IMG/VR virus record: IMGVR_UViG_3300045988_021923
DNA length: 42,154 nt
Source: a virus
Direction: 5' to 3' (one strand)
The translations under genes and the position numbers were made by a program. Below the pieces are notes generated by a model that made no database searches, was not told where the DNA came from, and saw nothing but the letters and a program-made list of their open reading frames with translations. Position 1 is the first letter of the stretch; every line of letters begins with the position of its first letter. Positions 16,395 through 24,318 of this stretch are shown here, piece by piece.

Positions 16395-17824
16395 TACTCC
16401 ACCTCCTGTTGCTGTTCCGTTACCATGTCCTGCATCTTTGGCAGCGCCGCCTTTGCAGTCTCCTCGTCCTCGTTCATCCATTTGGCTCTAAATTCCCAAT
16501 CGTTCATAATACCCGCTTGCAAAAGCTGCATATCGCGGGAAAAGTCAGTCGCTTTATCTTCGATGATGCTATCATCAAAATCAATGCTGATTTCTACGTT
16601 TTCATCCAGCCCGGCATTCATTGCGGTATTGCCAAGCCGCAGAAGAATCCGGCAAAGCTCTGTTAGCGCCTGCTCTAAAACCGCTTCATGCTTTTTGATG
16701 GTACGGAACATGGTGCTGTTTTCGCTGATTACCTGCGTCGCCGTTGCCACGCTTCCACCATCAAAGCGGTAATAGGTTTCGCCAAATCCACACTTGCTGG
16801 AAAGGATATTAAGCTGGTCCTGAATGCCGGTGTTGTGCTCCGCTGTCCGCAACGTCATATCAATCGGCGTTATAACAGCTCCGTCCGATACATCTTCCGG
16901 CAGCACGTAAAATGCCACATCGCCGGGGTCAAACACAGGTTGTCCGTCAAGATACTTTGCCGCAGACGGTTTTACCATAATGCGCTTTTTGCCGAGCTTA
17001 AACTCATTGACATAGCTATCGTATGCAATGTCTACGCCCTGCAATACGTCAATAGCGTTGGCATATACGGAAATGCCAGTTGGCAGCAAGTAATCGTAGT
17101 TATTGGCAATATTCAGCCGGTCAATCACAAACTGCCGCTTGTCGCTGCCGGTATGCACAACAGGCGGAATGCGCTCAAAGCCTTTAACATTGGTCAAGGT
17201 TTCATCCGCAAGCTGCTCATTGTCATACCGATAAATGCGGTTTTCAATGATGTATTCGCCGCTATCCTCTTTATGGTGAATTTGCAAGTACAAATAATCA
17301 TGCCCACTCCGCGTCACTACAGACGAAAAAGCGCACTCGCTGATATAACCGTTCTGCCATGCCAGCGGGTAAATGTTTTCAATCGTTACATAGTCCAGCA
17401 CAATACCGGAGGCGTTTCCGGGGACGATTTCGCCGCTTTCGTTGACTTCTTGCCCCACAACACGGGGGATATACGCCACTGTGCCAAGAGCAGACTTCAT
17501 TTCCTGCATCTCATTTGCCTTGACGGTAAAATTGTTTTCCGCCAAAACACGGTCAATAAACGCCTGCTCGTTCTGCCCCTCCAGCGTGATTTGAACTTTC
17601 TCGTTCATAAGCAGGTTAGCCCAATCCTCGCACAGCTTTTTCCCCATGCCAAGGGAATAACGCTTGCAGTTGACCATACTTTCGCCGTTGCGAACGCGGT
17701 AATTGTGAAACCCTTTAACGTTCCCTTGATACCAGCTTTTCCACTCCGCAACCTTGCTGTAAAACGCTTCGGGGATTGTAGCATAGCCCAACTGATTTAA
17801 CTTTTGAATGATTGCGTTGCTCAT
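16394..17824 (-). CDS. Portal protein, SPP1 gp6-like (476 aa)
   Basis: Size fits. Position is directly after the large terminase (ATGA overlap). The portal-family N-terminal region is present. Confidence 0.9.
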   Translation of the reverse strand: MSNAIIQKLNQLGYATIPEAFYSKVAEWKSWYQGNVKGFHNYRVRNGESMVNCKRYSLGMGKKLCEDWANLLMNEKVQITLEGQNEQAFIDRVLAENNFTVKANEMQEMKSALGTVAYIPRVVGQEVNESGEIVPGNASGIVLDYVTIENIYPLAWQNGYISECAFSSVVTRSGHDYLYLQIHHKEDSGEYIIENRIYRYDNEQLADETLTNVKGFERIPPVVHTGSDKRQFVIDRLNIANNYDYLLPTGISVYANAIDVLQGVDIAYDSYVNEFKLGKKRIMVKPSAAKYLDGQPVFDPGDVAFYVLPEDVSDGAVITPIDMTLRTAEHNTGIQDQLNILSSKCGFGETYYRFDGGSVATATQVISENSTMFRTIKKHEAVLEQALTELCRILLRLGNTAMNAGLDENVEISIDFDDSIIEDKATDFSRDMQLLQAGIMNDWEFRAKWMNEDEETAKAALPKMQDMVTEQQQEVE

Positions 17825-19059
17825 GCGATAACTCCCATCCGGCGGGAAATACGCTCCAAAGCGTACCTTGTGGCATCAATCAAATGGTTATTTGCGTCAG
17901 GATAGCCGCTTATGATGTCCCCGTCTTTGTTTCGCTCGTATTCGTAATTTACAAATTCGTTATATGCGTTTGGCGTTCGCTTGCGGTCAATAACGATTTT
18001 CCGCCGCTGCAACCACTTCATCCCGTAGTCAACGGAACCGGGGCCTTTAACGGCCTCTTTTGCTGGCAACCCCATTGCGCGGTAATCTGCTGTGCTTTTT
18101 GGCTCCGCACTGTCACAAGTGATATATGCGTCCATATAATTGCGACTTTTAATCATACTTCCGCTTGCTTCGTTTGTGAGTTTGTTTTGATATATTTCGT
18201 CAATCAAAAAAATCGTTTCGCGTGCGCTGTCATAATGCAGCCGGATAAAAGCAAAGGGGTCAGGATACCAGCCCCAGTCAACACCCTGATAAATGCGGTC
18301 AAAATGCGAAATTTCATTGTCAGTGATTTCCCGCAATTCGAGGTTTTCAAACACATTGCCGCCAGTTCCGACCGGAATGCCAAGATATTCATGCTGATAC
18401 GCCCGTTCATCCGTCTTTTTGAGATATTCGGCCTCATCAAGAAACTGCTGCCCCAGCCATTCAGGCGGTGCTTGCAGATACGTTGATTTGTGGCACAGAC
18501 GGTCAGCGCGTTCCTCCAAACTGTCTTTGTTGGCCCAATTATCGCGGCTGATCGGCGGGTTATAGCTTTCAAAGTTCCAGTATTTCGAGCCGCCGCGCAT
18601 GGTGGACTGCAAGATAGTACGTATCTCCGCCCGACCCGCAAACTGGTCTTTTTCCTCAAAGTGTGTTACGGCGATATAGCCAAACGGCACTTTGATAGAT
18701 TTTATCTTCATGGGGTCATCAGCGCCCCGAAACATAATCTTTTGCCCGGTAGGCTTGTATATCAGCTCCATAGGGGAAACTTTCGCTTCCCAAAATGCAG
18801 CCATACCTAATTCGCCAATGGCCCACATATATTGCGCGTACACACTGTCACGGATTGTATTTGCCACCTTACGCAGCACCAGCGCATGAGTGCCGGGATT
18901 GCGGATTAACAGCAGCGGCACAATGATTGACACAAACGAGGATTTGAGGGACCCACGCCCCCCGCTTTCATCGTAATGTGTATGGCCATGTTGAAAAACG
19001 TCCCGCGCTACGTCATAAAACGCAGGGCCTATCTTTTCTGACAGACGGATTTCAGACAT
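17821..19059 (-). CDS. terL: Terminase large subunit, PBSX/Terminase_3-type (412 aa)
   Basis: Walker-A-like YDESGGRGSLKSS and a nuclease C-terminal half. ATG 19059 overlaps the terS stop; the track start at 19062 is a TTG codon. Confidence 0.9.
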   Translation of the reverse strand: MSEIRLSEKIGPAFYDVARDVFQHGHTHYDESGGRGSLKSSFVSIIVPLLLIRNPGTHALVLRKVANTIRDSVYAQYMWAIGELGMAAFWEAKVSPMELIYKPTGQKIMFRGADDPMKIKSIKVPFGYIAVTHFEEKDQFAGRAEIRTILQSTMRGGSKYWNFESYNPPISRDNWANKDSLEERADRLCHKSTYLQAPPEWLGQQFLDEAEYLKKTDERAYQHEYLGIPVGTGGNVFENLELREITDNEISHFDRIYQGVDWGWYPDPFAFIRLHYDSARETIFLIDEIYQNKLTNEASGSMIKSRNYMDAYITCDSAEPKSTADYRAMGLPAKEAVKGPGSVDYGMKWLQRRKIVIDRKRTPNAYNEFVNYEYERNKDGDIISGYPDANNHLIDATRYALERISRRMGVIA

Positions 19060-19462
19060 CAATAACTATCTTTACGGGGTCAGCGCTGATTTTTGTCTCA
19101 CTTACTTCACGCCAGCCAAAATTACAACCGAGAGAAAATTTAGCTCCGTTTGCGCCGTCTTTATCGTAGAGCCGAGATTCGGCGTATTCTTCGCATCTGG
19201 ACTTTGCGCGCGTAACCGTGTCATTAAATTCTGGTCTGTCTTGATAATTGATTAGCGCTTGTCGGCTTGCAAATCCCAAGGCCAGCGCAAGCCCTGTTAC
19301 CGTAGGCGGCTTTTCGTCTAAAATAATCGGCCTTCCATATTTATCTGTGGCAACATCGCCATCAATGACAAGCGGCGTTCCTTTGCAACTTTCAAAGTAA
19401 GCGTCAATGGCTTTTTGCATTGCCTTTGCGCTTTTCCATTTTCTTGGCGCTCCGATAGCCAT
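19052..19462 (-). CDS. terS: Terminase small subunit (136 aa)
   Basis: Lies immediately upstream of terL. KPPTVTGLALALGFASRQALINY is an HTH-like segment typical of small terminases. Confidence 0.7.
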   Translation of the reverse strand: MAIGAPRKWKSAKAMQKAIDAYFESCKGTPLVIDGDVATDKYGRPIILDEKPPTVTGLALALGFASRQALINYQDRPEFNDTVTRAKSRCEEYAESRLYDKDGANGAKFSLGCNFGWREVSETKISADPVKIVIDV

Positions 19463-19498
19463 GCGCTCACTCCCTTTCGTTCTGCTGCCGGTAATGAT

Positions 19499-19951
19499 TT
19501 ACTCCACGATCATCCAGTCATCAGCCAGCATATCCGCCTGCGATGCCAGCCAGCCGAGCTGCACGCCGGATGTGCCGACAAACGCAAGCGCTTTGTTGCC
19601 GATAGCTTCGTGATTGGCGTTGACCACCTCGTGCGCAGCATTCTCATAACTGATGCGCTCCGCAAGCTCGACATACTGGTTCTTGCCATTCCAACCACGA
19701 CGGCCAATTCTCTCCCCTTTCTTCGCCGCTTCAATGGCAAGGCCAAAGCTCAGGCAGTCTGTTTCCCGATATGCGGCCTCAAACACATCCTTTGGGCTAA
19801 AGCTCTCGTAGCCGTCCGCGTAGCGGACCTTATAGCCCTCATCCACGGGGTCCATGCTTTTGGGAACGGGCTGGTCCTTCTCGTAGACCTTGCCACCCTT
19901 GCGAATAGCAGGGACTGCTTCAATGATTTTCGTGCCAATATACTTTTTCAT
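19499..19951 (-). CDS. DUF2829-domain protein (Tad2-like candidate), 150 aa
   Basis: LSFGLAIEAAKKGERIGRRGWNGKNQYV...GWLASQADMLADDWMIVE matches the DUF2829 signature. AGGAGG SD. Confidence 0.7.
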   Translation of the reverse strand: MKKYIGTKIIEAVPAIRKGGKVYEKDQPVPKSMDPVDEGYKVRYADGYESFSPKDVFEAAYRETDCLSFGLAIEAAKKGERIGRRGWNGKNQYVELAERISYENAAHEVVNANHEAIGNKALAFVGTSGVQLGWLASQADMLADDWMIVE

Positions 19952-20110
19952 TTCGTATAACCTCCTACCATTGTTTTGCTACCAGCCCCCACCCCTTGGC
20001 CTTACATAGCAGACTTTACCCGCCCCAAAGGGCATACACATCTTGCGTGTCCGGCTCTCCACGAGCCAAACATGGTACGCAGCCGCACTTTCAGCAGCGG
20101 TTTTTCGTTT

Positions 20111-20185
20111 TGGCGCAGACGGTAGGATTTGAACCCACGAACCCGAAACTCTGCCCGGAGCTGTTCCCGCCCAGCTTCCGTCTGC
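20111..20185 (-). tRNA. tRNA-like gene with encoded CCA and a non-canonical anticodon arm (anticodon not assignable)
   Basis: On the - strand: GCAGACG/CGTCTGC 7-bp acceptor, AGCT/AGCT D stem, GTGGG-TTCAAAT-CCTAC T arm, G73, CCA. The anticodon region CCGGGCAGAGTTTCGGG only pairs with a G-G mismatch, and its loop CAGAGUU lacks U33 and R37. Confidence 0.5.
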
Positions 20186-20334
20186 AAATGTCCCCTCTGG
20201 GCCACATCGTTGAGAGGTGCGAGGGGTCCTGTCGCATGGCGGGTGCGACCCGCCGCCCCTGATTAGTGGGGTGCATCAAGCGTGCGGCATATAGTCCCCG
20301 GCACTCCGCCGGGGTCAGGAGGAAAGGATGAAAA

Positions 20335-20372
20335 ATGGAGGTGTAGGTTGGTGGCTTCCCCTACATCTCCAT
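20335..20372 (-). terminator. Hairpin terminator ending the early operon (usable in both orientations)
   Basis: ATGGAGGTGTAGG-12 nt-CCTACATCTCCAT (13 bp, one wobble/mismatch) with T-runs on both sides. Confidence 0.6.
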
Positions 20373-20408
20373 TTTCTCATATTTATTTGCACAATCGCAA
20401 ACCTATAT

Positions 20409-20591
20409 TTACTGTTTTCCTGCTTTAGCAGCCGCTTTTTTCAACTTTCTTCTTTCTAATCGCTTTCTTTCTGCATCATAATGCTTTTGCGCAAAAATGC
20501 AGTCTGTGCACTCCGCTTTTTTGCATTCAAGGCAAGCCTTTATTTGCTCGGCTGTATCATAACAATTTATCTCATCCTTTCGTTTTCCCAT
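20409..20591 (-). CDS. Small Cys-rich basic protein (60 aa)
   Basis: CYDTAEQIKACLECKKAECTDC motif with a Lys-rich tail. Last gene of the early operon. Confidence 0.6.
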   Translation of the reverse strand: MGKRKDEINCYDTAEQIKACLECKKAECTDCIFAQKHYDAERKRLERRKLKKAAAKAGKQ

Positions 20592-20940
20592 TTAGATTAC
20601 TCACCCCTCCGTATCTGACTTTCCTCAGCTCCGGGTAGCGCTCCGTAAATGGAAGCAGCTCCCGCTTTCCGCCAATAATTTGCGCCATCACCCTGTCCAT
20701 GTGTTCCTGCATCACGTCCGCTGCCGGGTCACCGGAGTTGAGGGCGGGCGTGTACTCCTTTTGGGTCTGCTCCCATGCCTCCGTCAGCCGCATGATGCGC
20801 TCATACCCCCAGCCCTCCGTCTGGTGGAGCGTCATTTGCAGGGTGTCGATCATGTACTGCGAGATCATCCGCTGGGTCGCCTCAACCTTTGCCTGTGCGT
20901 ACTGCTCCGCGTACCGCTGCATCCCTGATGTCTTACCCAT
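20572..20940 (-). CDS. Hypothetical protein (122 aa)
   Basis: Trimmed to ATG 20940, overlapping the upstream stop by 8 nt. Confidence 0.55.
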   Translation of the reverse strand: MGKTSGMQRYAEQYAQAKVEATQRMISQYMIDTLQMTLHQTEGWGYERIMRLTEAWEQTQKEYTPALNSGDPAADVMQEHMDRVMAQIIGGKRELLPFTERYPELRKVRYGGVSNLNGKTKG

Positions 20941-21226
20941 CGGTGCCCTCCCTGCGCTCGCCGTGGCTGCAAAAGTCATCTGCGCACATCGTTTCAAATG
21001 ATTTCATACATTTGCCTTTCGGGCCGTCATCTGCCCCATAAGTATCGGGGTCATCATCCCAGTGTACACAGTCCTCGCACCGCACCACCGGGGCCACGTC
21101 GGCAGCGGGCACTTTTTGCAATTTATCAAGCAACCGGCTTACCCGCATCACGGGCGCCATGCACGCCTCGCTTACCCACTCATTCGCAGCTTTCACCGCC
21201 GTTTCCCGTTTAATGTATTCAGCCAT
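20933..21226 (-). CDS. MAEYIKRE-family hypothetical protein, paralogue 2 (97 aa)
   Basis: ATG 21226 lies in the junction AATGGCTGAATACATTAA. It shares MAEYIKRE and PAADVAP with 21219-21470. Confidence 0.65.
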   Translation of the reverse strand: MAEYIKRETAVKAANEWVSEACMAPVMRVSRLLDKLQKVPAADVAPVVRCEDCVHWDDDPDTYGADDGPKGKCMKSFETMCADDFCSHGERREGTDG

Positions 21227-21470
21227 TGCCAGCACCTCCGTCATGCACCGCTGTATATTTCCAAATCAACGTGTTCAGCCTTCTCAGCCCCTCCAAGGTG
21301 ATTAGGTCTTGTGCGCACAGCTCGTCCCGCAGGTGCTCCAGCGCTTCGATTGGGGCCACGTCGGCGGCTGGGATTTCCGATATAATCTCAAAAATTCTTT
21401 GGGTAATATTAAACAAATACGGGCTTTTTAGCCTATGCACCAATGCTTCCCGCTTAATGTATTCAGCCAT
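21219..21470 (-). CDS. MAEYIKRE-family hypothetical protein, paralogue 1 (83 aa)
   Basis: ATG 21470 with GGAGG SD 8 nt upstream. Same junction sequence as its paralogue. Confidence 0.65.
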   Translation of the reverse strand: MAEYIKREALVHRLKSPYLFNITQRIFEIISEIPAADVAPIEALEHLRDELCAQDLITLEGLRRLNTLIWKYTAVHDGGAGNG

Positions 21471-21687
21471 CTTCATCGCCTCCAAATTCCGCCTCGTACT
21501 GTTCCGGTGTGATAATCTCAATGTTCTTTGCGGAGTAGCCCAAGGTGTCGAGGCATATCAGCTTCGCCAGTTTGTCTTTGTCAATAGACGCCGCAGCGTC
21601 CTCATAGGATACGCCGGGTTTTGCCTCAAAGCTGATTTGAGCACCAAACGCCCCAGCCACGCTAAAGCAGATTTTATATTCAGCCAT
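21463..21687 (-). CDS. Hypothetical acidic protein (74 aa)
   Basis: Start ATGGCTGAATAT overlaps the upstream stop by 8 nt. Confidence 0.6.
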   Translation of the reverse strand: MAEYKICFSVAGAFGAQISFEAKPGVSYEDAAASIDKDKLAKLICLDTLGYSAKNIEIITPEQYEAEFGGDEDG

Positions 21688-21880
21688 TGTAGCCCTCCTG
21701 TTTCAGGTCTTGCACAGCCTGGTGGATACGATTTGCGCAGACAGAGCATATTTCTCCCACATCCACTATGTTTGGGTCGCTTGCGTAGGGAATGTCAGCG
21801 TTGTTCTCCACGCTGACCCTATAAGTGTCCCGAAGATTGTGTATTTCTTTTCCGCAAAGATCACAAAAACACTTCGTCAT
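21680..21880 (-). CDS. Zinc-ribbon protein (66 aa)
   Basis: Trimmed to ATG 21880 (ATGA overlap). CFCDLCGK...CSVCANR. Confidence 0.6.
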   Translation of the reverse strand: MTKCFCDLCGKEIHNLRDTYRVSVENNADIPYASDPNIVDVGEICSVCANRIHQAVQDLKQEGYNG

Positions 21881-22113
21881 GTTTTTTCCTCCCTCCTGTT
21901 CCATTTTTCAGCATACTCTCCCGGATAACCCGTTTCCGAATTTGCGTCTCCAGCCCCTAAAACAAAAGGTTGATTTATGTCGTTAAGAACACAATCTGTA
22001 TCATCGTGCATCCAGTATTGCTCAATGATGCGCTTTCTGAAACGATTCACATAGCTTTCTCGGTAAAAGTTCAGTTTACCTCCGCAAAACGGGCACGATT
22101 TTAGGTCAGTCAT
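21877..22113 (-). CDS. Lar-family restriction-alleviation-like protein (78 aa)
   Basis: LKSCPFCGG near the N-terminus and AEKWNRR near the C-terminus, as in Lar-family proteins. Confidence 0.65.
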   Translation of the reverse strand: MTDLKSCPFCGGKLNFYRESYVNRFRKRIIEQYWMHDDTDCVLNDINQPFVLGAGDANSETGYPGEYAEKWNRREEKT

Positions 22114-22276
22114 CCTTCATCGCCTCCAATGCTCTTATATCCGTCTCTGTCAATGTGTGGTTGCTTGCAATATATGTCACAGCGTCGCTTCTATTTTGAC
22201 AGGCTACACATTCGCATCTATTGCAATTACTTGACGTGTTTTCCCGGAAAGGGCATGAATAGTTAAAGCAGTCCAT
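22106..22276 (-). CDS. Small Cys-rich protein (56 aa)
   Basis: Not in the track. ATG 22276 overlaps the upstream stop (TAATG) and the stop overlaps the next start by 8 nt. Sequence MDCFNYSCPFRENTSSNCNRCECVACQNRS. Confidence 0.45.
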   Translation of the reverse strand: MDCFNYSCPFRENTSSNCNRCECVACQNRSDAVTYIASNHTLTETDIRALEAMKDD

Positions 22277-22797
22277 TATTTCGCCTCCAATGCCTTTTCC
22301 GCCGCCTCATGGGTCAGGAAAATGGTCTTGCCGATTTCCTCTGGATAAAACTCCCATGCTTCGCCGTTTTCGTCAGTCCCCTTCAGGAATACAGTTTTAT
22401 AGCCGTCATACCATCCGATGCGGTCTGCGTCATCCAATGAAATTTCCCTGATCGGTTGCTCTACATAGTCTTTGTCAATTCCCCAGAATAAAACTTGATC
22501 CCCAAAGACAACCTCGAGCCAGTCCTTGCACGGTAGAACCTCCAATCGCCCGTCCTTGTCTGCTTTAGCCAACTGGCGGAACCTGTCCAGTGCCTCACTG
22601 GCTTTTTGGTTTCCAATTAAATCCTGAAGAAACACCACAAAAGATTGAAACGCTTCTGGCGTCATGCCCGTGTCTAAATACTGACGCAGCAGCGGGCAGT
22701 GCGCCGCCGGGACCGCCGTGCAGAACCCGCCGACCGCAGTACAGTTCCCGTTATCCTCATGCCTAAAGCGGCAACGCAGGCAATTAACATTTCCCAT
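22276..22797 (-). CDS. Hypothetical protein with N-terminal Cys cluster (173 aa)
   Basis: Trimmed to ATG 22797 (MGNVNCLRCRFRHEDNGNC). Confidence 0.65.
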   Translation of the reverse strand: MGNVNCLRCRFRHEDNGNCTAVGGFCTAVPAAHCPLLRQYLDTGMTPEAFQSFVVFLQDLIGNQKASEALDRFRQLAKADKDGRLEVLPCKDWLEVVFGDQVLFWGIDKDYVEQPIREISLDDADRIGWYDGYKTVFLKGTDENGEAWEFYPEEIGKTIFLTHEAAEKALEAK

Positions 22798-23029
22798 CAC
22801 ATTTCCTCCTCCACCGGCATCCGTTACAGGCCCCCTCATGGGCCAGCGTGTAATTTCCGCATTTCAGGCACAGTTCGTTCCGCAGCGCGTCAATCTCTTT
22901 CGCCCGCGCTTCGATCAAGTCAGCGGCTCCCGCCAGATCGTCGCCCAGCGTGATCGGCGTTTCCCACTCATTTGCCTGCGCCCATTCCGCGTGCTCACGC
23001 AGCGCATTTACGAGGTTTGTATCTCTCAT
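22784..23029 (-). CDS. Hypothetical protein with C-terminal Cys cluster (81 aa)
   Basis: ATGA overlap with the methyltransferase stop. Confidence 0.6.
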   Translation of the reverse strand: MRDTNLVNALREHAEWAQANEWETPITLGDDLAGAADLIEARAKEIDALRNELCLKCGNYTLAHEGACNGCRWRRKCDGKC

Positions 23030-24318
23030 AATTCATCCCCCAATCTCCAATCATCGTCCCGCACCTGAAACGCATCCCCCAACTGCACCGTCTCCGGGTA
23101 ATTGTGCTGTGTGGTTTGGATGGCGTACTTGTCGATTTCGGTTGCATAGTAGGCGGTGATCGCCGCGCCCAGCTTGTCCAGCGCGATATGGCCGCAGCTC
23201 ATGCCGTCGTACATGGAAAGCACTTCCACCGGTTCCTCCGTCAGCCCGGTAAAGTGGCTCATGATATGCGCGATCACATCCACCGTCCAGCCGTTGCCCA
23301 GCATCTTGTAGGCTTGGCTGTTGCTAACCGGGAAAACATACTCCTCCGGCACGGTCTGGAGGTGTTTACATTCCGTCACGGTCAGCTTGCGAATGATGTA
23401 AAATCCGTCTGCCAGTTTAATGGGGTATGTCTTTCCTTTGATGGTAATCCGCCCGCCGTGAACCTCGTAAACTGGGATTTCTTTTCCGCCTGCCGCCTTA
23501 ATTACAAACCGCCCTTTTCCGTCCGGGATAACGGGCACGGCATAAAGCCCGGTTTTTGCCCCTACGCCGCCACCCTGTCCGCACAGGGTTACGCTTTTTG
23601 CGTCCGGGCTGTAAACACGGTATTGCTGGCTGTCAAAAGTCTGGTTCTTTGCGTCGTTCTCAATGGTTCCGATCCTCACCGGCTCCACCAGAACGTTATA
23701 CGGGACGCCCTTGTGGGTGTTCGCCGTCACGCAGGCACTTTTTTCCTGCGTTGCGTCGTGGAAATAATCGAAATCAAAATGGTTCCGCCCGTCCTTGGTT
23801 TCGCGCACCATATAATCCATTTCTTTTTCAGTCAGCGGCTTAATGGCAACAGGTTCCGCCGCACCATTCCGCTGGTGTCTGGAAACCATGTTGTCCGCCG
23901 TGGTTCCGCCGGTTGTGGACAGCAGAGCATACCCTTTTTCTTTCCAGCAGACACCACTTTCCAGAATGTCGCGCAGGAGGATCCCACGGTCCACCGGCTG
24001 CTCCACTGCCACTTGGCTGTATGTGCCGTCCGGGTTTCGTCTGCCCACCCAATACAGGCGCTGGCGGTTTTGTGCGCTCACCAGGGCGCTGTTAATCAGG
24101 ACAGGCTCCACGCCTAACTCCGCCGTGATCTGCGCCCGGATAGCGGGCGACATACTTTTATTGTTTTCGTACAGGAAAAAATCCGGCTGGTATTTATCCC
24201 GTGCAATACGGTAATTTAAGAACAGTTCCCAGCCGATGCCGCTGGCCTCTGTCTCGCGGTTCTTCGTCTGAGCGATGCTCCAATGTGTGCAGGGACTTCC
24301 GCCGATCAATAGTTTCAT
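23026..24318 (-). CDS. DNA (cytosine-5) methyltransferase with permuted motif order IV-X then I-III (430 aa)
   Basis: ATG 24318 (ATGA overlap, GGAGGA SD). Motifs in order: GGSPCTHWS (IV), LYENNKSM (VI), QNRQRLYW (VIII), RKLTVTECKHLQTVP (IX), GNGWTVDVIAHI (X), then LSMYDGMSCG (I), ATEIDKYA (II), LGDAFQV (III). Confidence 0.8.
   Translation of the reverse strand: MKLLIGGSPCTHWSIAQTKNRETEASGIGWELFLNYRIARDKYQPDFFLYENNKSMSPAIRAQITAELGVEPVLINSALVSAQNRQRLYWVGRRNPDGTYSQVAVEQPVDRGILLRDILESGVCWKEKGYALLSTTGGTTADNMVSRHQRNGAAEPVAIKPLTEKEMDYMVRETKDGRNHFDFDYFHDATQEKSACVTANTHKGVPYNVLVEPVRIGTIENDAKNQTFDSQQYRVYSPDAKSVTLCGQGGGVGAKTGLYAVPVIPDGKGRFVIKAAGGKEIPVYEVHGGRITIKGKTYPIKLADGFYIIRKLTVTECKHLQTVPEEYVFPVSNSQAYKMLGNGWTVDVIAHIMSHFTGLTEEPVEVLSMYDGMSCGHIALDKLGAAITAYYATEIDKYAIQTTQHNYPETVQLGDAFQVRDDDWRLGDEL

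Noticed and set aside
16688-17800. 370-aa + strand ORF
   Set aside because: It is antisense to the well-supported portal gene. No recognisable motif and no RBS. Long open antisense frames are typical of GC-rich coding DNA.
20111-20330. tmRNA or class II (long variable arm) tRNA reading of the tRNA-like region
   Set aside because: The 5-prime partner of the acceptor stem lies only 75 nt from the CCA. No tag-ORF or resume-codon structure is present, and no alternative upstream acceptor strand exists for a longer tRNA.
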